The notes: generated from the letters alone by a model not told the origin. A DNA stretch of 64,000 nt from an uncultured Treponema sp. (GCA_949300145.1 CASGDA010000009.1:4749-68748); one strand, 5' to 3'. Shown: positions 1-9,803, counted from the first letter of the stretch. Numbers and translations are program-made.

Positions 1-2
1 CC

Positions 3-1742
3 TCCGCTTCCGGCGGCGCCCTGAAACTCACCGCTTTTTCCTCCGAGGCCAGAAAAGGAATAATCAGGGGGACGGGCTGCGCCGTTTTCGCTTTTCCCGC
101 TGACGCCTTGTCCTTTCCCCGCGCCGCCCTTGAAGTGACTCTGGAAATTTCCGGGGAAGACGGCGGCTCCGGCGTCCCTCAAACCGCCGATGTAAAGCTT
201 TCCTTTTTGACGGGTGATGATTTTGATTCCCCCTCTTCTCCGGAAATGAAATTGAAGCGCAGGCTTTCCCTGTACCGGAAGCAGGGGGATTCTTTCCATG
301 ATTTGTCCTCCGGAGGTTTGTTTTACGCTTCTTCTATTTTAAAGGGCTGTTCCGGCTCCGTGTCTTTGAGAATGGCCGTTCCCGACGCTCCGTCCGGAGT
401 ATACGGCTTCGCCGTCTCGGTTTCGGCCGGGGATAAAACCGGGACCGTGATATGCCATGCGTCAATCCGTGAGGCTTCCTCCGGCTGGGTTTCGGAAAAG
501 GTTCCCGGAACGGTTTCCTGGGCGGGTTTCCCCGCGTCAGGCGGGATGATGGAAAGCTCTTTTCCTCCGGACAATCCGCCGGGAGCGGTTGTCCCCCGTG
601 ATTCATCAGCGATCATTTTGTTTTATCCTGTTCCTCCCGCCGGAGAGGAAGTTTCCCCGGCGGATTTTTCCGCCGTCCAGCCGCGCGCTGTTTTTTCCGA
701 CGGTGAAAAGGAATTCGGATTCCGCCTATCCCCTTCGGAGGCGGCTTATTCCGTTTTCCAGCCCTGCGTGGTTTCCGGATTTTCCGGGAATATTATTCCT
801 GTGTCCGGCGGAAAATATGTCAGGGGGATTTACACCTCCCCCTCCGTTCATTCAGGCGGTGAGTTTCCCGGCGGTATGCCCGGAGAATCCCTTCTGGATC
901 CTGTGACCGCCGATCCGCACGCAATGGTGGAATGGCCTCTCGCCATGTGGCGGAAACCTTCCAGGGAAATATTCCGCTGGGACCGGTTCCCATCTGTAAT
1001 TGTTTTTGATACGGCTGATTACGATGTGCAGAACAGGTATTTCCGCCGTCTGGCGTTCTTTGTTGAGAAGCAGGGCTACAAGGGGAGGCTTTTGACAGAC
1101 GCAGAGCTTTCCGGAAAACACGCCTTTAACGCCCACGATTACCGGGCGGAAAGCCTCGCTGAATTTTTTTCCGCGGCCGCCGCATCGGATTTCCCTCTTT
1201 TGGATGAAGAGCTGGAGCTGCGCGGAATCCTTCTGCGCAACGGTATAATAACAGCTTCTTCGGACGGCGGCTTTGAGCCGGGGGCGGGGGCCGTTGTCTC
1301 CATCTCCAGGGCTTCGCCTGAATACCTCAGGTACAGCTTTATCGCCCATGAAAGTTTCCATGCCGTTTATTTTGTGGACGGGGCTTTCAGGGAAAAGGTC
1401 GCTGAAATTTACGGCGGCATGAATCCTGTGGCGCTGAAGTTCCTCCACGGTTATTTCGATGTGGTGGACGGACTCGGATACGATACCTCGGACAAATATC
1501 TGATGGAGAACGAATTTATGGGCTATATCCTCCAGAACCCCTTTTCCAACGTTTCAGGGTATTTTTCCAGGAATCTGGCGGAAAGGTATCTTCGGTACGG
1601 AGGGGACAGGGAAACAGCAGGCTACATAACCGCCGGCGGCGCGGAGGATTTTGTTTACGCTTCGGCGGAACTGTGCAGGTACGTTTACAACCGCTGGGGG
1701 CTTACCGGCGGAAGGGTCGGAATGCACTTCTGGGATGACTGA
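3..1742 (+). CDS. hypothetical protein, 5'-partial, with an HExxH motif in the C-terminal region
   Basis: ORF track 108..1742 (TTG). The same frame has no stop codon between nt 3 and 108, so the CDS very likely starts upstream of the window. HESFH (HExxH) lies at nt 1347-1361. No family recognised. Confidence 0.6.
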   Translation, partial: SASGGALKLTAFSSEARKGIIRGTGCAVFAFPADALSFPRAALEVTLEISGEDGGSGVPQTADVKLSFLTGDDFDSPSSPEMKLKRRLSLYRKQGDSFHDLSSGGLFYASSILKGCSGSVSLRMAVPDAPSGVYGFAVSVSAGDKTGTVICHASIREASSGWVSEKVPGTVSWAGFPASGGMMESSFPPDNPPGAVVPRDSSAIILFYPVPPAGEEVSPADFSAVQPRAVFSDGEKEFGFRLSPSEAAYSVFQPCVVSGFSGNIIPVSGGKYVRGIYTSPSVHSGGEFPGGMPGESLLDPVTADPHAMVEWPLAMWRKPSREIFRWDRFPSVIVFDTADYDVQNRYFRRLAFFVEKQGYKGRLLTDAELSGKHAFNAHDYRAESLAEFFSAAAASDFPLLDEELELRGILLRNGIITASSDGGFEPGAGAVVSISRASPEYLRYSFIAHESFHAVYFVDGAFREKVAEIYGGMNPVALKFLHGYFDVVDGLGYDTSDKYLMENEFMGYILQNPFSNVSGYFSRNLAERYLRYGGDRETAGYITAGGAEDFVYASAELCRYVYNRWGLTGGRVGMHFWDD

Positions 1743-1768
1743 TCCGGATATGCTCCGGTTTCCGGCTA

Positions 1769-2332
1769 TTAAAGCAGGATGTCCGTGTTGTACCGTAATT
1801 CCGCCCCGACGGTGGAAGGCGGTCCGTGTCCCGGCATGAGAATCAGGTCTTCGTTTTGATTCAAAAGCTTGTTGTTTATGTTTGTTATGAGGTTCCGCAT
1901 TCCGTAATTGTTGCTTGTCTTTCCCAGCCTTCCTGCAAGGATGGAGTCCCCTGTGAAGACCACCTGTTCTATTTTGAATAAGACCGAATCCGGGGAGTGT
2001 CCCGGAACCGACATGTAGGAGATATTGAAGCCCGCCTCCTGAAAACATCCGTCTCCTGTCAGCCCCTTTGTTTTCGCCTCTTTTATTTCTGTTTCCGCCG
2101 CATAGACCCTCGGGTTATATATTTTCAGGATGGTCGGCAGGGCCTGTGAATGGTTTTTGTGTCCGTGTGTTATGAGGACTGCCTCAAGTGAAAATTTATT
2201 CTTTTCTATGTGCTCAAGGAGTTTGTCGTCTATCACGCTTGGGTCTATCAGGACAGCCTGTCCCGTCATCTCGTTGCCCACAAGGTAACAGTTTGAGAAA
2301 TTGTCGGAGGCATAATGAAAGTACAGTTTCAT
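1769..2332 (-). CDS. MBL-fold metallo-hydrolase (glyoxalase II-like)
   Basis: 187 aa with THGHKNH (HxHxDH-type site), VPGHSPDS and MPGHGP motifs. It overlaps the upstream pentapeptide gene by 4 nt. Confidence 0.8.
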   Translation of the reverse strand: MKLYFHYASDNFSNCYLVGNEMTGQAVLIDPSVIDDKLLEHIEKNKFSLEAVLITHGHKNHSQALPTILKIYNPRVYAAETEIKEAKTKGLTGDGCFQEAGFNISYMSVPGHSPDSVLFKIEQVVFTGDSILAGRLGKTSNNYGMRNLITNINNKLLNQNEDLILMPGHGPPSTVGAELRYNTDILL

Positions 2333-2856
2333 TCCGGCTCGTCTCCCTCAGAAAAGATGGCTTCCCTGGTGTTTGAATATTTGAAGCTGCATTCCGTTTT
2401 GAATATTCGGTAGAACACGACTTTTTTCAGGTTGCAGTTCTGGAAGGTTGTTTTGTCAAGGCTCGCAAGTACAAAGCAGGAATTGTACAGGTCGGAGTCA
2501 TTGAATGTCGTGTTGTCGCAGGTGATTCCGTTGAAATTATTGTGCAGAAGATCCGAGCCCTTGAAATCGCAGTCCGTTATTTTTGAGCCGGCGAAACACG
2601 AGAACTGTATGTCGGTGTTTGCCAGTTTGCAGTTTTCAAATACGGCTTCGTCAAAAAAACACATGCGGATTCTGGCTTTGGAAAAGTCGCAGTTGATGAA
2701 TTTTGTCCCGGCGAAACGGCAGCCTGTGAATTTCTTTCCGGAAAAATCCTGTTCCTGGAATTCCATTTTTGAGAAATCCAGGCTTTGTACGTCTTTTTCC
2801 GTCTGTACGGTTGTCCTGAGCGTAATTTCCTGAATGTTCTGGTCCCGCTTGTACAT
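2329..2856 (-). CDS. pentapeptide repeat protein
   Basis: 175 aa made almost entirely of tandem pentapeptide units (CRFAGTKFINCDFSKARIRMCFFDEAVFENCKLANTDIQFSCFAGSKITDCDFKGSDL...). Confidence 0.8.
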   Translation of the reverse strand: MYKRDQNIQEITLRTTVQTEKDVQSLDFSKMEFQEQDFSGKKFTGCRFAGTKFINCDFSKARIRMCFFDEAVFENCKLANTDIQFSCFAGSKITDCDFKGSDLLHNNFNGITCDNTTFNDSDLYNSCFVLASLDKTTFQNCNLKKVVFYRIFKTECSFKYSNTREAIFSEGDEPE

Positions 2857-2867
2857 ATTTATACTTT

Positions 2868-3200
2868 ATGGCATTGCGTGTTTTTGGTCAAATGGTTTAT
2901 TATTATACAATGTGTTGGAAATGCGGAAAGGATACCGGGTTTTCTGGACAGGTCGGAAGAAGCGAAACCTGTCCTGTCTGCGGCTTTGATCTGCGCTCCT
3001 GCAGGAACTGCCGCCATTATTCCCCCGGCGGATATCATGATTGCGCTGAAAGGATGGAGGACGCCCCTTCAGACAAGGAGAGGGCGAATTTCTGTGATTT
3101 TTTCTCTTTGAGGCGGGATTTTTCCGCCGGCGGTGGCGCTTCTGATGAGCAGGCCCGCCGGGACGCGGCGCGTGCGGCTTTCAACAGCCTTTTTTCATAA
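2868..3200 (+). CDS. small cysteine-rich zinc-ribbon protein
   Basis: The pattern CWKC...CPVC...CRNC...C...C gives paired CxxC knuckles, followed by an Ala/Arg-rich tail. The true start may be an internal Met at 2892 or 2910. Confidence 0.55.
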   Translation: MALRVFGQMVYYYTMCWKCGKDTGFSGQVGRSETCPVCGFDLRSCRNCRHYSPGGYHDCAERMEDAPSDKERANFCDFFSLRRDFSAGGGASDEQARRDAARAAFNSLFS

Positions 3201-3229
3201 ATCAATTTTGAAGGAGTCCTGTTTTACTG

Positions 3230-4099
3230 ATGTCAGACATAATTTTGGATAAGGACAAAACCAGGCTTTGCTACGCTTTTTTGGATTCCGGAATAGGAGG
3301 ACTCCCTTACCTGCGCCAGTTGAAAACCCTTTCCCCTGATGCCCGCTGCGTTTATGTCGCGGACACGGAGCGCTTCCCCTACGGGGAAAAGACCGTGGAT
3401 GAAATCATTTCCTCCGCCGTGGAAGTTACGGGCCGTATTGTGGAACGCTTTAATCCCAGGGTGCTTGTCATCGCCTGCAATACGATTTCGGTGACCGCAC
3501 TGGATGTTCTGCGGAAAACCTTTCCCCTTTCTTTTGTGGGAACTGTTCCCGCCATAAAAAAAGCGGGGGAAATTTCCCGCAACAGGATAATAGGGCTTCT
3601 TGCCTCGGAAAGAACCGTGTCCAATGCCTACACCGGAAAGCTGGTGGGGGAATTTGCCGCCGACTGCAGGATTATACCCGTGGCCGCTTCATCGCTTATC
3701 GCCGCTATTGAAAACAAACTGGTTACCGCCTCTCTGGATGAGCAGCTGGAAGCGGTCAGACCGTTCATTTCCCCTTTCGTGGAGGCCGGCGCCGACACGG
3801 TGGTTCTTGCCTGTACCCATTTCCTTCATATGACGGATGTTTTCAAGAAGGCTCTTGGTCCGGGTGTAACGGTGGTTGATTCCCTTGACGGGGTCGCTCA
3901 TCAGGCTCTCCGTGTTTATCTCCGGAATTCCGCGGCGCCTGAGGTGAACGGGGAAGTACCGCCTTCCTCCGGGCGGAGCCTTGTGAACGCTGACCGGCAG
4001 GATTCCCTTTTTGTTACCGGAAAACTTCCTGCCGCAAAGGAGGATAAGTACCGGTTTTACTGCGGGTTTTACGGTCTTCGCTGCGGGGGTGTTCTTTGA
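3230..4099 (+). CDS. murI: glutamate racemase
   Basis: FLDSGIGGLPY, VIACNT and LACTHF motifs (the two catalytic Cys regions). Confidence 0.9.
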   Translation: MSDIILDKDKTRLCYAFLDSGIGGLPYLRQLKTLSPDARCVYVADTERFPYGEKTVDEIISSAVEVTGRIVERFNPRVLVIACNTISVTALDVLRKTFPLSFVGTVPAIKKAGEISRNRIIGLLASERTVSNAYTGKLVGEFAADCRIIPVAASSLIAAIENKLVTASLDEQLEAVRPFISPFVEAGADTVVLACTHFLHMTDVFKKALGPGVTVVDSLDGVAHQALRVYLRNSAAPEVNGEVPPSSGRSLVNADRQDSLFVTGKLPAAKEDKYRFYCGFYGLRCGGVL

Positions 4100-5046
4100 G
4101 TGTTCTTTCCGGAGCCGGAAAGCAGGGTCTCGTAACCGGCGGAACAAATAATTTTTTCGATGTGGAGGACGGGCAGGGGAATGTCCTCCGCTGCTCCATA
4201 AAGGGTAAAATCCTCCAAAGCTCCTCCGGTTTTTATAATCCTCTGGCCCCCGGTGATTTTGTGGAATTCGTTCCGGACGGGAAAAACAGCGGCGGTGTCA
4301 TTGTTTCGCTGGTTCCCAGGAAAAATAAATTCGTGCGCTGGAATGTTAAGGGAAACATGCCGCAGATTCTGGCCGCGAACATCGATATGGTGGTGGCGGT
4401 CACAACCCCCGGCGAGCCCCCGTTCAGGCCCCGTTTCATTGACAGGGTTTTGATACAGGCCGCGGTCGAGGGGGTGGAGCCTCTTGTCGTGGTTAACAAA
4501 TGCGACCGGGAAGCGGATTGTGACGTCCACGAACGGGTTTCGGATTGGATGAGGATAGGATACAGGGTTCTTTTTGTTTCCGCCCTGACCGGGGAGGGGA
4601 TCCCCATGCTGAAAGAGGCGCTGGCGGGAAAGACTTCCGCATTCGTCGGCCAGAGCGGCGTGGGCAAGTCGAGCCTTTTGAACAGACTCTGGGACGGTGC
4701 GGGACAGAAAACAGCCGCCCTGTCTTCAAAATACGGCAGGGGTGTCCACACCACAACCCGCGGATGCTTTTTTAAGGTTGATACCGGAGACTTCAAAGCC
4801 TCGCTGATAGATACTCCGGGTATAAGGCGCTTTGTGCTCAGCAATGTCACCGCCGCGGATTTAATCCTTTATTTTCCCGAGATGAAACAACTTGCGGGCA
4901 AATGCCTTTACGGTATGTCCTGTTCCCACACAAAGGAGCCGGGCTGCAAGGTACTGGAGGCTGTTTATGCCGGTGTCATTGCGGAGGACAGGTTTGAAAG
5001 CTGGAACAGAATCATGGCTGAGATCGGGTCCGGCAGGTTTGAATAA
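4096..5046 (+). CDS. rsgA: ribosome small-subunit-dependent GTPase A
   Basis: Circularly permuted GTPase order: VVVNKCD, GQSGVGKSSLLN, DTPG. The C-terminal CLYGMSCSHTKEPGC is a zinc motif. Confidence 0.9.
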   Translation: MSVLSGAGKQGLVTGGTNNFFDVEDGQGNVLRCSIKGKILQSSSGFYNPLAPGDFVEFVPDGKNSGGVIVSLVPRKNKFVRWNVKGNMPQILAANIDMVVAVTTPGEPPFRPRFIDRVLIQAAVEGVEPLVVVNKCDREADCDVHERVSDWMRIGYRVLFVSALTGEGIPMLKEALAGKTSAFVGQSGVGKSSLLNRLWDGAGQKTAALSSKYGRGVHTTTRGCFFKVDTGDFKASLIDTPGIRRFVLSNVTAADLILYFPEMKQLAGKCLYGMSCSHTKEPGCKVLEAVYAGVIAEDRFESWNRIMAEIGSGRFE

Positions 5047-5159
5047 AACCGGTTTTCCCGCGGCAACATTGATTAAAATGCTTAAAACGGCTAAAATCAA
5101 AAGACCGGTTTTTTGTACGTTTTAGTCTTGACGGAAGGAATCCGGCATCCGGAGGAAAA

Positions 5160-7853
5160 ATGAAAGCCATTGAACTTGCGAAAGCCTATGACCCCAAGAA
5201 TTTCGAGGACAGAATATACGAGTCCTGGAAAAAATCAGGCTGTTTTAAACCTGGGGAAACGGATACCCCGGATAAGAAACCTTTTACCGTGGTTATTCCT
5301 CCTCCGAACGTTACCGGAGTCCTTCACATGGGCCACGGTCTGAATAACTGTCTACAGGATATAATTGTCCGGTACCAGCGTATGTGCGGCCGCCCCACCT
5401 TATGGGTTCCGGGAACAGACCATGCCGGTATCGCCACCCAGAATGTTGTGGAGCGCCGTCTTAAAAAAGAAGGCAGGAGCCGCCGTGATATAGGCAGGGA
5501 AGAATTCCTCAAGCGTACCTGGGAGGTAAAGAACGAGCATCATGCCGTTATCACCAGACAGCTCAGGAAGATAGGCGCCAGCGTTGACTGGAGCCGGGAG
5601 CGTTTTACGCTGGACGATGGCTTGTCCCGCGCTGTCCGTGAAGTTTTTGTCACCTTGTATGAAAGGGATTTGATTTACCGGGGGCATTATCTTGTAAACT
5701 GGTGCACCTCCTGCGGAACAGCCCTCGCCGATGATGAGGTTGAGCATGAGGATACAGCCGGTGCCATGTATCATATTTATTATGAGCTGGAGGACGGTGT
5801 AAAAGCCCCCGACGGTTCAAACAGGATTGAGATAGCGACCACACGCCCGGAGACGCTTCTGGGGGATACGGCTGTCGCCGTCAATCCTGAGGACAGGCGT
5901 TATACGGCGCTTGTGGGAAAGAAGGTGAAGCTTCCCCTTACGGACCGTCTTATTCCCATTATCGCCGATTCCTATGTTGATATGGAATTCGGTACGGGAA
6001 TGGTGAAGATAACCCCCGCCCATGACCCCAACGACTGGGACGTCGGAAAGCGGCATGATTTGGAGGTTATCAATATACTGAATCCTGACGGGACACTGAA
6101 CGATTCCTGTCCGGAAAAATACCGCGGGATGAAATGCGCCGATGCCCGGAAGGCTGTTGTTGCGGATTTGCAGGAAATCGGGCTTTTCAAATGCGAGGAG
6201 AAAATCTCCCATGCGGTGGGTAAATGTTACCGTTGCGGCACCGTTGTGGAGCCTTATGTCAGTGACCAGTGGTTTGTCCGCATGAAGCCGCTGGCGGATA
6301 AAGCCCTCAACGCCTGGAAAAAAGGCGAGATAGTTTTTTACCCGAAAAAATGGGAAAACACTTATTCCCACTGGCTTGAGAATATAAAGGACTGGTGTAT
6401 CAGCAGGCAGTTGTGGTGGGGGCACAGAATCCCCGTATGGTACTGCCGTTCCTGCGGGGAGATGACTGTATCCCGCACGGACTGCACCGAATGCCCGAAA
6501 TGTTCCGGCAAAGACATTTACCAGGATCCGGATGTGCTTGACACATGGTTCTCGAGCTGGCTGTGGCCTTTCTCAACCTTGGGCTGGCCGGAAGATACAG
6601 CGGATTTACGCCGTTTTTATCCGACGAGCGCTTTGGTTACAGCCTACGATATAATATTCTTCTGGGTCAGCAGGATGATAATGGCCGGCCTTGAATTTAC
6701 CGGCAGGGTTCCCTTTAAGGACATATATATCCACGGGCTTGTGCGTGACAAACACGGCAGAAAGATGAGCAAGTCCCTGGGCAACGGTATCGACCCCCTT
6801 GAGATTGTGGACAGCTACGGATCGGACGCATTGAAATTCACCCTCGCTTTTATGTGCGCTCAGGGACAGGATGTTCTTGTGGACAAGGAATCCTTTAAGT
6901 TCGGTTCCCGTTTCGCCAACAAGATATGGAATGCCTCAAGGTATATTCTCGGGAATCTTGAAGGCAGGGAGTTGAAGGACGTTCCTCCCTCCATGTTTAC
7001 GGAGCTTGACCGCTGGATTTTCCACAGGCTGGACTGCACGGTGGAATCCGTCAGGAACGCGCTGGAATCTTACCGCTACAATGACGGGGCCCAGGCTGTG
7101 TTTGAATTCTTCTGGAATGATTTCTGTGACTGGTATGTAGAGACTTCAAAGCTTTCATTTAAGGACGGCGATGAGTTTGAAAAGGACAGGGCGGCCTCCG
7201 TTCTCCTCAATGTTCTGGAAGAATCCCTGAGGCTGCTTCATCCCTTCCTGCCGTTCGTCACCGAAGAGATTTACGGCTTCCTTCCGGCGGACTGCCGTTA
7301 CGGTTTGAAACCGAAAGCTTCCGCCCTTATCACCGCTGATTATCCGGTTCCGGATTCTTCCCGCCGTGATCAGGCCGCCGCGGAGCGCTTTTCAGCGTTT
7401 CAGGATATTGTGCGGTCGGTCCGTGCCCTCCGTGTTGAATGCGGGATAGATCCCGCCGTGAAGATTTCCGCGGCCTGCTACATTGAGAGCGGCAGTCCCG
7501 CCTCCATCGTCATGGAGCGTACCGACGAGCTGAAGCTTCTGGCAGGGCTCTCCGCCGTGACCTTTTTGGAGGAGGCGGGCGCAAGATCCAGAGGTTCCGT
7601 GGGAACCGTCGGCGCCGGATTTGAGATTTTCATATTGCCCGGTTCCGGTTTGGATCCCGCCCAGCTTGTTGTCCGCTTCTCCAGGGAAATCGAGAAAGAG
7701 AAGGCTTCTGTCAGCAGGATTGAGGCGAAACTTTCCAATGAGAATTTTGTGTCCCATGCTCCTGAAGAAGTCATCGCTTCTGAAAAGGAAAAACTTGCGG
7801 AAGTTCAGCGCCGGATTGAAAAGCTTTCCGGCTATATAAGGGATTTACAGTAA
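5160..7853 (+). CDS. valS: valine--tRNA ligase
   Basis: 897 aa with PPPNVTGVLHMGH (HIGH) and KMSKSLGN (KMSKS), plus a C-terminal coiled coil. GGAGG lies upstream of the ATG. Confidence 0.97.
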   Translation: MKAIELAKAYDPKNFEDRIYESWKKSGCFKPGETDTPDKKPFTVVIPPPNVTGVLHMGHGLNNCLQDIIVRYQRMCGRPTLWVPGTDHAGIATQNVVERRLKKEGRSRRDIGREEFLKRTWEVKNEHHAVITRQLRKIGASVDWSRERFTLDDGLSRAVREVFVTLYERDLIYRGHYLVNWCTSCGTALADDEVEHEDTAGAMYHIYYELEDGVKAPDGSNRIEIATTRPETLLGDTAVAVNPEDRRYTALVGKKVKLPLTDRLIPIIADSYVDMEFGTGMVKITPAHDPNDWDVGKRHDLEVINILNPDGTLNDSCPEKYRGMKCADARKAVVADLQEIGLFKCEEKISHAVGKCYRCGTVVEPYVSDQWFVRMKPLADKALNAWKKGEIVFYPKKWENTYSHWLENIKDWCISRQLWWGHRIPVWYCRSCGEMTVSRTDCTECPKCSGKDIYQDPDVLDTWFSSWLWPFSTLGWPEDTADLRRFYPTSALVTAYDIIFFWVSRMIMAGLEFTGRVPFKDIYIHGLVRDKHGRKMSKSLGNGIDPLEIVDSYGSDALKFTLAFMCAQGQDVLVDKESFKFGSRFANKIWNASRYILGNLEGRELKDVPPSMFTELDRWIFHRLDCTVESVRNALESYRYNDGAQAVFEFFWNDFCDWYVETSKLSFKDGDEFEKDRAASVLLNVLEESLRLLHPFLPFVTEEIYGFLPADCRYGLKPKASALITADYPVPDSSRRDQAAAERFSAFQDIVRSVRALRVECGIDPAVKISAACYIESGSPASIVMERTDELKLLAGLSAVTFLEEAGARSRGSVGTVGAGFEIFILPGSGLDPAQLVVRFSREIEKEKASVSRIEAKLSNENFVSHAPEEVIASEKEKLAEVQRRIEKLSGYIRDLQ

Positions 7854-7875
7854 ACTTTTAAAAGGAAGTGCCGGT

Positions 7876-8454
7876 ATGAATGAACAGGATATGCTGGTTC
7901 TAAAAGGAATCTACCTTGCTCCGTATATTCAGGTCGCTACAGTTCTTATTGGCAAACAGCGCTATTCCGGCGGGAATATGTTCCGCCATCAGATTGACAC
8001 GATGGGGATTCTCATTGACTACGGTTACATCGACGGGGTGCTGCTCAAGGCTTCCCTTGTCCATGATGTTATCGAGGACATCCCGGATTTCAACCACAAC
8101 GAGCTTTTGCAGATTGACTCTGAGTCCGGACAGGTTTACGACCTTGTTATGGAAGTTACACGCAGGGAGGGGGAGGACAAACCCTCTTTCCTCAAACGGA
8201 TTTCCGAGCACGGTTCACAAAAAGCAAAGATACTGAAATGCGCCGACCGCATCAGCAATATGATAAGCCTCGGCTTTGTGACGAGCCCCTCTTTTATCGA
8301 GCGTTATTGTGACGAAACGGAATATTATATTCTGCCGATGGCGCTGAATGTTAATTTTGATATGTACCAGGAGCTCATCCAGCTTATAATTTCCCGCCGC
8401 CGTTACCTTGAGGATTCCGGCTTTCTGTCAAAAAAATACAACAGCCCTGAATAA
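7876..8454 (+). CDS. HD-domain protein resembling a stand-alone (p)ppGpp hydrolase (small alarmone hydrolase, RelA/SpoT-homologue hydrolase domain only)
   Basis: 192 aa. FRHQIDTMGIL, ASLVHDVIED (HDxxED) and KILKCADRISNMISL line up with the RSH/Mesh1 hydrolase signatures H..., LLHDxxED and KLADRLxNxR. Confidence 0.6.
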   Translation: MNEQDMLVLKGIYLAPYIQVATVLIGKQRYSGGNMFRHQIDTMGILIDYGYIDGVLLKASLVHDVIEDIPDFNHNELLQIDSESGQVYDLVMEVTRREGEDKPSFLKRISEHGSQKAKILKCADRISNMISLGFVTSPSFIERYCDETEYYILPMALNVNFDMYQELIQLIISRRRYLEDSGFLSKKYNSPE

Positions 8455-8476
8455 GAAAAACCTTTATTCAGGGCTG
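8442..8476 (-). terminator. rho-independent terminator for serS (possibly bidirectional)
   Basis: Perfect 13-bp inverted repeat: cagccctgaataa (8442-8454) and ttattcagggctg (8464-8476). On the minus strand it is followed by a T-run (A6 at 8431-8436 on plus). It overlaps the stop codon of the HD gene. Confidence 0.6.
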
Positions 8477-8525
8477 CCGTCTGGTCAATCGGTTTCCGTT
8501 GTTCCGGTTTCACTGCGGGGCTGTT

Positions 8526-9803
8526 TTATTTTTCACGTCTTATTTCGTCAAACCCGCAGAAAGGAACCAGCGCAGGGGGAACCGCTATGGATCCGTCTTC
8601 ACGCTGGTAATTTTCCAGAATCGCCACGAGCGCCCGTGAGACCGCTATGGCTGTTCCGTTCAGCATATGCACATATTTGTTTTTTCCGTCGCTGTCTTTG
8701 AATCTTACGTTGAGTCTCCTGGACTGGAAATCCGTGCAGTTTGAAGTGGAGGTTATCTCACCCCATTCGCCGCCGTTGCGTCCCGGCATCCATGCCTCCA
8801 GATCCCACTTTCTGTAAGCCGGCGCCCCGAGATCTCCGGTGCATGTGTCCACCACCCTGAAAGGAATGCCCAGCCCCGTGAAGATTTCCTCCTCGATTAG
8901 CCTGAGCTGTTCGTGGAAGGCCCCTGATTCCTCCGGCAGGCAGTAAACGAACATTTCAAGTTTCGTGAATTGATGTACCCGGTAAAGTCCCTTTGAGAAC
9001 TGTCCGGCCGCCCCGGCTTCCCTGCGGAAACAATGGGACAGTCCGCAGTATTTCAGCGGAAGCTTTTCCCGGCTCAGGATTTCATCCTTGTGGTATCCGC
9101 CCAGGGTTATTTCTGCTGTAGCCACGAGACAGGTTCCTTCCCCTTCAAGGCTGTATACGTTTGATTCGTTTCCCCTGGGGTTGAATCCGATGCCGTACAG
9201 CACCTCTTCCTTTGCGACGTCAGGGGTTATGAACGGGGTGAAGCCGTGCTTCCTGAGAATATTCAATCCGTATAACACAAGCGCCTGTTCAAGGAAGACC
9301 GCCTCGTTCTTCAGGTAGTAAAATTTGGGGCCGGATACTTTTGTAGCTTCATCAAAGTCTATTATGTCAAGCTCCTGTCCGAGCTGCACATGATCTTTCG
9401 GAGTGAAGGAAAAAACGGTCGGTTCCCCGGAGCGTTTTACTTCCAGGTTGTCCTTGTCCTCTTTTCCGACGGGGGCGTCGGGATGCGCCATGTTCGGGAT
9501 TTTCCTGCCCTCAGCCTCAAGCTTTTCTTCCGCCTCCTTCAATTTTAATTCGGCGGAGGCTATTTCGTCTTTTATGCGTTTTCCTTCTGAAATCAAATTC
9601 TCCCGTTCTTCGGGGGAAAGTTTCCCCTTCATCGCTTTCGCGTTTTCATTTCTTTTTGTCTGGAGATCCTGCAGGGATGTTGTAAGCGAAGTCCTTTCAT
9701 CAAAAAGGGAAACGACAAGATCCGCGTCAGCCTTCATGTTTCTTGCGGATATATTGGCTTTTACGGCTTCAAGATTTTCTTTGATAAATTTGTAATCGAG
9801 CAT
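8526..9803 (-). CDS. serS: serine--tRNA ligase
   Basis: Class II SerS with an N-terminal coiled-coil arm. The canonical MLDYKFIKENLE start (ATG at 9803) is preferred over the upstream GTG at 9818. Confidence 0.95.
   Translation of the reverse strand: MLDYKFIKENLEAVKANISARNMKADADLVVSLFDERTSLTTSLQDLQTKRNENAKAMKGKLSPEERENLISEGKRIKDEIASAELKLKEAEEKLEAEGRKIPNMAHPDAPVGKEDKDNLEVKRSGEPTVFSFTPKDHVQLGQELDIIDFDEATKVSGPKFYYLKNEAVFLEQALVLYGLNILRKHGFTPFITPDVAKEEVLYGIGFNPRGNESNVYSLEGEGTCLVATAEITLGGYHKDEILSREKLPLKYCGLSHCFRREAGAAGQFSKGLYRVHQFTKLEMFVYCLPEESGAFHEQLRLIEEEIFTGLGIPFRVVDTCTGDLGAPAYRKWDLEAWMPGRNGGEWGEITSTSNCTDFQSRRLNVRFKDSDGKNKYVHMLNGTAIAVSRALVAILENYQREDGSIAVPPALVPFCGFDEIRREK

Noticed and set aside
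5047-5159. Possible T-box or riboswitch leader upstream of valS (likewise 9819-9901 for serS/argS)
   Set aside because: The leaders are only about 80-110 nt and AT-rich, and they lack a specifier or antiterminator-like architecture. The ACCGGT-centred mini-palindromes at 5045-5056 and 5104-5114 look like a weak rsgA terminator at best.
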